Below the pieces are notes generated by a model. It had not been told where the DNA came from and searched no databases. It was given only the letters and a program-made list of their open reading frames with translations. Both the position numbers and the translations under genes were made by a program. A stretch of 64,000 nucleotides of DNA from a virus: positions 1 through 64,000 of the IMG/VR virus record IMGVR_UViG_3300034092_001898, one strand, 5' to 3'. Shown piece by piece: positions 27,305 to 35,078 of this stretch (position 1 is the stretch's first letter; each line of letters starts with the position of its first letter).

Positions 27305-27544
27305 ATGAGTTCAAGGAAGCAAAGGCAAAAAATTGCTCGTGTTTTGCGCGAGTTCAAGGCTGGTACGCTCAAAAGCAGTACCGGAGAGAAAGTGGCCAAT
27401 CAGCGTCAAGCGATTGCCATTGCCCTTTCCGAGGCTGGCATGAGTAAGGAAGGCAAAAGCGATGAATACTGGGATTCTTACGTCCTAACGCTCGCGGAGG
27501 AGGAGGAAGAGGAGGAAGAGGAGGAATACATCCCAAAGGACTGA
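27305..27544 (+). CDS. DUF6496-like small basic head-region protein with acidic tail
   Basis: KIARVLREFKAG.LKSS.G.KV....QAIAIALSEAG. Confidence 0.8.
   Translation: MSSRKQRQKIARVLREFKAGTLKSSTGEKVANQRQAIAIALSEAGMSKEGKSDEYWDSYVLTLAEEEEEEEEEEYIPKD
27532..27538 (+). other. Putative -1 programmed frameshift site C-CCA-AAG
   Basis: In-frame X-XXY-YYZ heptamer; -1 frame is open into ORF 27580-27891. Confidence 0.65.
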
Positions 27545-27891
27545 GCCTTGACGCGGCTAGCTTTGCCCCTCCATCGTCCGTGAGGGCTGCAGCGCGTCGA
27601 GGCCTGGAACTACGCAAGAAGCACGGCAAGGGCGGATTGACCACGCAAGAGGCTGGTGAGCAAGGAATTGGCAGTGGAGTGGCACGAGCCACGAGTTTAG
27701 CCAATGGAGAGGCGCTGAGCTACGAAACCATTAAGCGCATGGCGGCCTTTTTTTCGCGGCATGAGAAGAACAAAGGGGGAGGGGAGGATGATGCTGGTTA
27801 CATTGCCTGGCTTTTGTGGGGCGGTGATTCGGGAAGAGTGTGGGCCAATCGCGTCATTGGGCAACAGGAAAGGAAGCGGGCCGCCCGTTAA
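27532..27891 (+). CDS. Head-associated protein domain, probably expressed as a frameshift fusion with 27305
   Basis: FAPP..VRAAARRGLELR..G.G..RA..LA.G..LS..TIKRM..FFSRHE..IAWLLWGGD conserved phage domain. Confidence 0.7.
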   Translation, partial: PKGLSLDAASFAPPSSVRAAARRGLELRKKHGKGGLTTQEAGEQGIGSGVARATSLANGEALSYETIKRMAAFFSRHEKNKGGGEDDAGYIAWLLWGGDSGRVWANRVIGQQERKRAAR

Positions 27892-27917
27892 GATGGCCTC
27901 AATCATCCGTCGTTGCA

Positions 27918-28232
27918 ATGGAAAGTCCTGACCTTGACTATTTTGACGATGGCGAGGATGAGGATTTTAGTGTAGAAGACGCCTTGCGTGTTCTGAGCCT
28001 CAATTCTCACCGCAATACAACGCGATGGGCAGTGGTCAGCAAGCAACTGTTTGTCAATGGTCGTGCCACTGAGGATCAAAACTATGTGGAACCACAGTAC
28101 GAAAGGCCAGATCCTGAGTTTGAGGAGCACCATCGCATGTTGATCTTTGAGGCAATCGCAGTGGCCAAAGCCTACATCATGGCCGGGATTGAAGCCGAGA
28201 TTCAGCAGACGAGGGAATCTTCAGGGCTATAA
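27918..28232 (+). CDS. Hypothetical acidic protein
   Basis: ATG start, co-oriented with head genes. Confidence 0.55.
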   Translation: MESPDLDYFDDGEDEDFSVEDALRVLSLNSHRNTTRWAVVSKQLFVNGRATEDQNYVEPQYERPDPEFEEHHRMLIFEAIAVAKAYIMAGIEAEIQQTRESSGL

Positions 28233-28482
28233 AGTTTGGATAGCCGAGAAGCCATAGCACAGACATCGTGAAAAGGCCACTCAAGGTGGCAATTTGCACT
28301 GCACTGGGCTCCAGGTCTCCGCTTTCCATCCGAGAGTAGGAGGACTGACTAATTTCCAGCCTTGCGGCCACATTGCGTTGTGAGAGGCCGCTATTGAGCC
28401 GTGCTTGCTTGATGCGAGACGCAACGGCAATGCGCCGTTGGGAATGGGGCAACTTGAGCAAATTGACTTGGTGATTCTCCAT
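28177..28482 (-). CDS. XRE-family HTH transcriptional regulator
   Basis: RIKQAR..GLSQ..VA..L.ISQSSYSR.E.G..EP. Confidence 0.85.
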   Translation of the reverse strand: MENHQVNLLKLPHSQRRIAVASRIKQARLNSGLSQRNVAARLEISQSSYSRMESGDLEPSAVQIATLSGLFTMSVLWLLGYPNFIALKIPSSAESRLQSRP

Positions 28483-28543
28483 TGCTTGATTCACTATTGA
28501 ATCATGTTAATAGTGGTGATGCTAGTTTGCATAGGATTGTTAT

Positions 28544-29731
28544 ATGAGCAATACTTCTTTTCGCTACGACGTAGCGCCGATTGAGAAGTACGAGCTAACC
28601 CCCGAGGGTTATCTGCGGCTTCATGCCACAATCGCTCGCACTGGCGTTCAGCATTACTCCAATGCTGACGGTTCAATTCGGCGTGAATATCGTGCCGCTG
28701 AAGATGTGGCGCTCCCTGAAAGTCTTGCTTCTTTTGCGGGCAAGAGCGTAACTGACGAACATCCCCCGGTCCTGCTTGATAGCGCCAACACCACAAACTA
28801 TCAAAAGGGCTTCACTGGCTCTGAGATTGTTTATGACAATGGTTTTGTCCGAGCAGTTATGACAATTACAGACCAAGAACTGATCGACAAGATTCAACGG
28901 GGTGATGCTACGGAAGTTAGCGCAGGCTATCGAGTGTCCTTTGATGCCAACCCTGGCACCACTCCTGATGGTGAACCGTATGACGGTCGCCAAAAGGAAA
29001 TCATTGGCAATCATGTAGCCGTTGTTAAGACCGGGCGAGCAGGCCCGCAAGTGAAATTGCATCTTGACCGACAGGATGCCGCCGATCCTTCTCTTCTCAA
29101 TTCTGGAGATTCTCTTATGACTACCGCAAAGGTGGTCTTTGATGGCGCTGACTTTGAAGTGAGTGAGGGCGTTGCCCTTGCTGTCAACAAAGAACGCGCT
29201 GATGCAAAGACCTCTTACGAGGCCATGAAAAAGCAGTACGACGAAATGTGTGGCAAAGCCTCCAAACTTAAGGAGGAAATGGATGCCATGGAAAAGGAAA
29301 TGAAAGGCAAAATGGATGCCGCTGATGGTCGTGCTGATGCCCTCGCTGTTGAAACTGAATCGCTCAGGGCTGAACTGGAAGCGGCTAAAGCCGTGAATGT
29401 TGACAGCCTTGTCGAAGAGCGCATTGCCCTGATCGAAAAGGCCAAGCCTGTCCTTGACAGCGCTTATTCCTTTGCTGGCAAGTCCGCTCGTGAAATCATG
29501 GTCGATGCCGTTAAGGCAGTTCGTGGTGATTCCATGAATCTGTCTGAACGGTCTGACGACTACGTTCAAGCCGCTTTTGACACCATTTCCGTTGACGACC
29601 GTAAGGATTCGTCTACTGGTCCTCTGCGCAATGCCGTCGCATCCGTGATGGCAACCATTCCCCAGGACACGTATCAGGAAACGGTGGGAAAAGCCTACCT
29701 CCGTCCTCTCACCGCTTCTAAAGGAGCCTGA
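28544..29731 (+). CDS. DUF2213 prohead protease/scaffold protein
   Basis: TPEGYL..IARTG, TDEHP, EVSAGY, NHVAVV..GRAG; coiled-coil C-half. Confidence 0.9.
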   Translation: MSNTSFRYDVAPIEKYELTPEGYLRLHATIARTGVQHYSNADGSIRREYRAAEDVALPESLASFAGKSVTDEHPPVLLDSANTTNYQKGFTGSEIVYDNGFVRAVMTITDQELIDKIQRGDATEVSAGYRVSFDANPGTTPDGEPYDGRQKEIIGNHVAVVKTGRAGPQVKLHLDRQDAADPSLLNSGDSLMTTAKVVFDGADFEVSEGVALAVNKERADAKTSYEAMKKQYDEMCGKASKLKEEMDAMEKEMKGKMDAADGRADALAVETESLRAELEAAKAVNVDSLVEERIALIEKAKPVLDSAYSFAGKSAREIMVDAVKAVRGDSMNLSERSDDYVQAAFDTISVDDRKDSSTGPLRNAVASVMATIPQDTYQETVGKAYLRPLTASKGA

Positions 29732-29734
29732 CCC

Positions 29735-30295
29735 ATGGCCGTTGCTTTCACTGCGTCTGGCACCCCCACTGTGGGCGGTGTGCAGACTTCCTATCCCCTC
29801 GTTCACGACGCCTTCCTGGAAGGTCAACTGGCCGATGCCCGCAACAAGGTGATTGACTCTTTCGTCAATGAAACCTCTGGCGTGGTGGCTTTCGGCAACC
29901 TGCTGGTTTGGAATAGTGGCAGCACTACTGCTGATTCCGCTCGCACCATCTCCGGCACCACTGGCACTGTTGTTGGCCTGAACATTCTCACTTACGTTGA
30001 CGAAACTGCCCGTGACGCCAATAGCCGCCCCGGCGCGAAAGATCGTCAACTGATGAACGTTTTGCGTCAAGGTGCTGCTGTGGTTTATGTCCATGGCGCC
30101 GTTGATCCTTCTACTCCTGTTCGTGTCATTCACACCGCTTCCGGTGTGCAGTATGCCGGTCAATTCTCGGCTTCTGCCGTTAGTGGCCGCACCGCCACTC
30201 TTTCTAATGCCGCCTACCTGTCCAAGACCACTGGCAGTGGACTGGCAGTGCTGGAACTGAATGGCCCCACTTTCACTCTCACCGCCAACACCTGA
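29735..30295 (+). CDS. Capsid decoration/cement protein
   Basis: Between protease and MCP; beta-rich, V.FG and G.V.V motifs. Confidence 0.75.
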   Translation: MAVAFTASGTPTVGGVQTSYPLVHDAFLEGQLADARNKVIDSFVNETSGVVAFGNLLVWNSGSTTADSARTISGTTGTVVGLNILTYVDETARDANSRPGAKDRQLMNVLRQGAAVVYVHGAVDPSTPVRVIHTASGVQYAGQFSASAVSGRTATLSNAAYLSKTTGSGLAVLELNGPTFTLTANT

Positions 30296-30302
30296 GGTAA
30301 CT

Positions 30303-31217
30303 ATGTCTGATTATCGTATGGACGAGGCGGGACTGTTTCTTCAGCGCCAACTGGAGTACATTCGCCCGCAAGTGTTTGAGACGGCTTACGCCGACATCAA
30401 ATACCCCACCCTTTTGCCTGTCACCAGTGAGGCTGGCCCCGGCGCCCAGCAGTTCACCTATCGGGTGATGGACAGCACCGGTAAGTTTGACTTCATTGCT
30501 GACAATGCTGATGACCTGCCGCGCTCTGACGTGAGCCAGGTCGAGAAGTCAATCTACTTCCGCTCCATCGGTGGTTCGTTTGGCTACACCGTCCAAGAAC
30601 TGCGTGCCGCTCAAATGGCCAACGTGGCTCTTGAGTCGCGTCGTGCTGCAGCGGTTCGCCGGGCTTACGAAGAGAAAGTGGAAGACATCGCCATGTTTGG
30701 TGATGTTTCCACTAATCTCACTGGCTTCTTCAACAACCCCACTGTGGATGTTGTGACTGCCGACAAGTGGTTTGACACCGCAAGTGTCACCACCACTGAA
30801 ATGCTTGAACTGCTGAACTATGGTTCCACTGCCATTGTGAATGGTTCAAACATGAAGGAGCAGCCTGACACCCTGCTGCTTCCTTGGGTTGACTATCAAA
30901 AGGTCTCCTCCACTCGCAACAGTGATTCCAGTGATCTCACCGTCCTGGAATACTTCCTGCGCACCAACCCCTACATCCGCAACATTGAGCCCATCCTGCA
31001 ACTGGACAACAGCAAGACCACGGGCAAGCTCAACACCCGTCGGATGGTGTTCTACAAGCGGGACCCTGAAAAGCTCCAACTGCACATTCCGCAGCCCCTG
31101 GAACTGTTCCCGCCCCAGCAACGCAACCTGCAGTACATCGTTCCCGCCCATGCTCGCGTGGGTGGCGTAGCGATTTACTACTCCAAGAGCGTTGTCTACG
31201 TGCAGCGCAGCACCTGA
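30303..31217 (+). CDS. Major capsid protein (DUF2184 / encapsulin-like HK97 fold)
   Basis: FL.RQLE.I, DDLP..D, YT.QEL.AA, G.FN.P, PDTLLLP, GGV.IYY. Confidence 0.9.
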   Translation: MSDYRMDEAGLFLQRQLEYIRPQVFETAYADIKYPTLLPVTSEAGPGAQQFTYRVMDSTGKFDFIADNADDLPRSDVSQVEKSIYFRSIGGSFGYTVQELRAAQMANVALESRRAAAVRRAYEEKVEDIAMFGDVSTNLTGFFNNPTVDVVTADKWFDTASVTTTEMLELLNYGSTAIVNGSNMKEQPDTLLLPWVDYQKVSSTRNSDSSDLTVLEYFLRTNPYIRNIEPILQLDNSKTTGKLNTRRMVFYKRDPEKLQLHIPQPLELFPPQQRNLQYIVPAHARVGGVAIYYSKSVVYVQRST

Positions 31218-31265
31218 TCCCTGCAAGGGGCGTTAAGCTAATTGGTGACTGTTTCTCCCAAGCAA

Positions 31266-31652
31266 ATGCTGATTGCCTATCGCCCCGAGCTTGAAAACCC
31301 CCCGCGAGAAGGTGGCTTTGGTGTCATCGTAGATCAAGGGTTAGTACAACTGGCTCCTGGTCTCAATGCAGACGTACCTGAGCAAGCATGGCAGCAAGCC
31401 CGCAATAATGCAGAAGTTAAGCGACTGATGCGCATTGGGGCAATCGAGGAAGTAGTAGAACAAGCAAACGTGCCTGAGGTCAGCGACAACGTGGAACTGC
31501 TTTCCAATTTGCCACTGACTGAAGCCCTGCGAACCATTGAGCTAATCCATGATGCAGAACTGCTGCTGAACTGGAAAAAGCAAGAAGGTCGGGTGCGAGT
31601 GCGGAACGCAATCGTCCGTCGTCGTACTGCCATCGCTGAAGGTCGTGCCTAA
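31266..31652 (+). CDS. Hypothetical head-associated protein
   Basis: L.PG.N motif; C-terminal E.R..V..AI..R. Confidence 0.65.
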   Translation: MLIAYRPELENPPREGGFGVIVDQGLVQLAPGLNADVPEQAWQQARNNAEVKRLMRIGAIEEVVEQANVPEVSDNVELLSNLPLTEALRTIELIHDAELLLNWKKQEGRVRVRNAIVRRRTAIAEGRA

Positions 31653-31957
31653 TGGTCACTTACTCCGGGTTTTTGGATCGGTTTCCCGAGTTCATCCCCC
31701 ATCCATCGGGGATTGTCCTCGGGGCTATTGCGGAAGCCTCGGCGGATGTTAGCGAAAGCGTGTTTGGCTCACAGTCAGATCGCGCCATCAAGCATCTTGC
31801 AGCCCACATCATTGCCTCGCAACTTGTCCAAATGGGAGCGCAAATTGGTGCCACTGACGGCAAGGTCTATGGGAAAGGGCTAGAGGCAACGCAATATGGA
31901 CAGGAGTATCTAAGGATGCTCAACAGTTGTTCTTCCACCATTGGTTTTGTTGTGTGA
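31652..31957 (+). CDS. Head-tail adaptor (DUF4054-like)
   Basis: F..RFPEF, LAAH, T.YGQEY. Confidence 0.8.
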   Translation: MVTYSGFLDRFPEFIPHPSGIVLGAIAEASADVSESVFGSQSDRAIKHLAAHIIASQLVQMGAQIGATDGKVYGKGLEATQYGQEYLRMLNSCSSTIGFVV

Positions 31958-31961
31958 AGAG

Positions 31962-32348
31962 ATGAATGGACTATCGCCACTGGCAAACGCAACCCTTATC
32001 TGGGAAGTGGCTAGTGGCTACGCCCTAGATCCTTTCACTCAAAACTATCGCCCGGTTTCCAGTGGTGTGGTGTACTACGCCACCCTCAAGCAAAAGAACA
32101 ATCCACGGTATGACTACCTTTTAGGTGCTGATCATACTGCTGTGTATATGGAAGGGCGCTTGACTGGTCCATTGGCACTTTCGGGAGTTAGTGCTGGTGC
32201 TTCAGCCAAAGCAACAATCAATGGAAGGGAAGGACGATTTGAACTACTGCCTAACGAACATCTTGTGGAACACTATTGGCAGTTTCTAGGACAACCAATC
32301 AGGGGAGTGTTTAGACTGATTGGTAAAGGAAGCGTCTTGAACGCTTAA
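31962..32348 (+). CDS. Head-tail joining/closure protein
   Basis: Position and size. Confidence 0.55.
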   Translation: MNGLSPLANATLIWEVASGYALDPFTQNYRPVSSGVVYYATLKQKNNPRYDYLLGADHTAVYMEGRLTGPLALSGVSAGASAKATINGREGRFELLPNEHLVEHYWQFLGQPIRGVFRLIGKGSVLNA

Positions 32349-32380
32349 CCATTTTCCCCCTCCTTTGTTTTTTTAAGACA

Positions 32381-32959
32381 ATGCTCTTCCATCCGACTGA
32401 ACTGGTTAAGAGCCAAGACGTTATCCTGCGTGTTGGCTCCATCACCGGCACCGCCCGTCCTATCATCACTCAATCTGGCGCCACTTTCACGGTTAGCGGT
32501 GCTCCCACTCTCTATACGCTCCAGGCTGCTACTACTGCCAGCATTGCTTTCAATGATGGCAATACCGAGTTTTATCTTCTCGGCGGCGGTGGCTTCTCCG
32601 ACAGCGTGATTGTCACTGCTGGCTTGACTGTTTCCGTCACTTCCTATTTCCAAAAGGACGTTGATGGCACCACGTTCCTGCCGAATAGCTTTGATGAGGC
32701 ATTCCAGATTGTTACCACTGCCCGGTACGACAAGAACGCTGAAGTCTACTTTGAAATCAACAAAGAGCTTGGCGCTTCTGGCACTACGTTCTACTACGAC
32801 CGAGTGGCTGGCGTGTCGCGGGTGATGAACTACAACGAAAGCTATCCTGCAGACAACCTTGTCGAAGTCACCTTTGACCTTGTGAGCCGCAGCCGCTACG
32901 GCATTCACCAGTCTGCGACCAGCAGTGGCAGCATCATTCCGATCGCTCCCAACTCCTGA
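32381..32959 (+). CDS. Major tail tube protein
   Basis: Position, beta-rich, ADNLVEVTFDL motif; followed by terminator. Confidence 0.7.
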   Translation: MLFHPTELVKSQDVILRVGSITGTARPIITQSGATFTVSGAPTLYTLQAATTASIAFNDGNTEFYLLGGGGFSDSVIVTAGLTVSVTSYFQKDVDGTTFLPNSFDEAFQIVTTARYDKNAEVYFEINKELGASGTTFYYDRVAGVSRVMNYNESYPADNLVEVTFDLVSRSRYGIHQSATSSGSIIPIAPNS

Positions 32960-32984
32960 TAGTCCTTTCCATCGTTCCTTTGTT

Positions 32985-33010
32985 AGCCTCCCCATAGCGG
33001 GAGGCTTTTT
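32985..33010 (+). terminator. Rho-independent terminator
   Basis: AGCCTCCC..GGGAGGCT followed by TTTT. Confidence 0.75.
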
Positions 33011-33013
33011 ATT

Positions 33014-33421
33014 TTGACCAATCTTGAACTACGGCAAAAGCTAGAGGCAGTGTTAAGTTGTCCACCTAACCTCATTGGCACTTACACGCTGCCCAATGGC
33101 CAAGCAATTCCGGCTATCTACATGACAGGAACGCAAGGTGTACCGGCAGACTGGAAAGTGCAGGGCCTTGAAGTGACAATGGAGGAAATGCCAAGGCGAT
33201 CACCAATGGCGGGAGTGGGAATCGTCGTCAGCCGTATGGCATGGGTGGTGATGCTAGTGAACTACAATGGCGGCACCAATGCGTTGGATCAGGCAGTGAG
33301 CAGGCTAGAGCGAGTGTTTCCCGATGCCACTTTCTCTCCATCGCCCGAAACGGACATTGCATATGGTCAGTATCGAATTGTCATCCCTGATGTGCAAGTG
33401 AGACCAGTGCTGCGGCCATGA
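33014..33421 (+). CDS. Tail completion/terminator-like protein
   Basis: Position; IGTYTLPNG..PAI motif. Confidence 0.5.
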   Translation: MTNLELRQKLEAVLSCPPNLIGTYTLPNGQAIPAIYMTGTQGVPADWKVQGLEVTMEEMPRRSPMAGVGIVVSRMAWVVMLVNYNGGTNALDQAVSRLERVFPDATFSPSPETDIAYGQYRIVIPDVQVRPVLRP

Positions 33422-33639
33422 AAATGCTGTCAAGCGATTGCGGTAGCGCATGGCTTTTCAATGTAAAGAGAGAAGAGGATCAGCTAGTTGCTGGCCTTGC
33501 CTGCTTCGTCAGCAATTCTCCGGAGCAAGTCATTGTGCAATGGAGAGGCGAAAGGCTAATCCTTGGACTTCCCCATCGTGCCGTGTCTAATCCCATGCCG
33601 TGTCGTGTGCTGAATGCTAGACTTGCGCTGCTTAATTGA
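33418..33639 (+). CDS. Hypothetical protein
   Basis: ATGA coupling. Confidence 0.5.
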   Translation: MKMLSSDCGSAWLFNVKREEDQLVAGLACFVSNSPEQVIVQWRGERLILGLPHRAVSNPMPCRVLNARLALLN

Positions 33640-33644
33640 TTTTC

Positions 33645-34166
33645 ATGAGCCAATACAGCGAGTTTTTCTTGATTGGCAGCCCAAAGTATGCTGCCATTGC
33701 TGCTGCTTTGCGGCTTCGCAGTTACGGCAGTTGGCTGACTGAGGAACTGTGGCTGCGTGATGCGCAGACCAAAAAGCGGGCTGGGTTTTCAATGAAGGCC
33801 ATTCGTTTGGCGCGACGCATTGCGGCACAGAAAGGCATTAGCGAGGACGATGCGTTTGACCTCCTTCAGTCTGATGGCCCCGAAAGGCAAGAGGTGCTGG
33901 GGGACTTTGCAGAAGAAGCGGCAGCGTTGTTTGCTCTCCTTCCATCGCCTCAAGAGCAATTTGAGGAACTGGTGACAAAGTTCTTCCAGAATCGCGGGGA
34001 GGTGAAAAAGGGCACGGAATGGACCTCTACGCCCGACTGGAGCCGGGAGGACACTGGCAAGCTCACCAAGACCATGCTCGATGCCGTAGAGGCTTTCATG
34101 GCCCAGGAGGAGGGCTCTAGCAATACTGAGACCGAAGAGGACGACGCCCCAAAGGAACAAGGCTAG
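33645..34166 (+). CDS. Tail assembly chaperone (gpG-like)
   Basis: Upstream of tape measure; ends with slippery C-CCA-AAG. Confidence 0.75.
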   Translation: MSQYSEFFLIGSPKYAAIAAALRLRSYGSWLTEELWLRDAQTKKRAGFSMKAIRLARRIAAQKGISEDDAFDLLQSDGPERQEVLGDFAEEAAALFALLPSPQEQFEELVTKFFQNRGEVKKGTEWTSTPDWSREDTGKLTKTMLDAVEAFMAQEEGSSNTETEEDDAPKEQG

Positions 34167-34570
34167 AGCGGCTAGAAAGATACACTGAAGCCACGTTAGC
34201 CCAGTCCACGGATTGGGCTGCGTTGTATTGCCGCATTCAGGCACTTGCCATTGCCGATCCCATGTTTCATGCGGAGCGGTTTGGGAAGGTGCCAATCAAG
34301 TTGTTGCAAGCCATGCTGGAGCAGGCCAGCACAGAGCAGCAACGCCTAATTAACGCCCACAGCATGAGCACGGCCAAGCTCGCCGTAACAGTTGTTCGGG
34401 CACTAGGCGGGAAAACGGCACAAGCTAAAGTGGATGACTTCTTGCCATTTGAGCAAGCTAAGCCTAATGCCATCAGTAGCGAAACCAAGGAGGCCCTGCA
34501 ATGGGCGCTGAAAACTCATAGGCTTCCCCCTGTTATCGTGGGACTAATTGGGGCGGAACTAGCACGCTAA
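34148..34570 (+). CDS. Tail assembly chaperone frameshift extension (gpGT-like)
   Basis: C-CCA-AAG at 34148-34154; -1 frame open to 34570. Confidence 0.75.
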   Translation, partial: PKGTRLERLERYTEATLAQSTDWAALYCRIQALAIADPMFHAERFGKVPIKLLQAMLEQASTEQQRLINAHSMSTAKLAVTVVRALGGKTAQAKVDDFLPFEQAKPNAISSETKEALQWALKTHRLPPVIVGLIGAELAR

Positions 34571-35076
34571 TGGCACGCAATAATTACGACTCCATGCGCA
34601 TGATCGCTAAGACCATTTCACTACCGAGTGAAGTGTTCAAAGAGCTTATGGATAGGGTATCAGTGGAGTTTCAAGGGGCATTTGAGCTTGACTATTCTTA
34701 TGATCGCCCAGAAGGGATTAGCGTGATCCGAGAGAATGGAGTGCCAAAGATTGTTAGGGGCAGCACGGGAACGTTAAGGGAAAATGGCGACCACTTGTCA
34801 GAAGAAGGCGATTTGCCTTATGCTCCACGCGACATTGTGGACTTGGGCGCATTGCAAGATAGCCAACAGCGCATCGACATGCCCAATGCGACGCTGTTTC
34901 GATGGACAGGCAATGGAGAAAGAGACTATGCCTTGTTTGTGCATGATGGCTATACGCCAAAGCTACTGGGCAGAGATTGCAGGCCAGTGCCAGGAAGGCC
35001 GTGGACTTTGCCAGTGCTGCTTAGAATGAGAACAACGATTGCCGAAACCAAAAAGCGGCGACTTAGAGGAGGCTGA
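34570..35076 (+). CDS. Tail/neck protein (HK97 gp10-like)
   Basis: PRDIVDLG.L..S, YA.FVHDG, RPW. Confidence 0.6.
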   Translation: MARNNYDSMRMIAKTISLPSEVFKELMDRVSVEFQGAFELDYSYDRPEGISVIRENGVPKIVRGSTGTLRENGDHLSEEGDLPYAPRDIVDLGALQDSQQRIDMPNATLFRWTGNGERDYALFVHDGYTPKLLGRDCRPVPGRPWTLPVLLRMRTTIAETKKRRLRGG

Positions 35077-35078
35077 TT

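Noticed and set aside
28673-30163. 496-aa minus-strand ORF
   Set aside because: Antisense shadow of the DUF2213 and decoration genes; no recognisable motifs.
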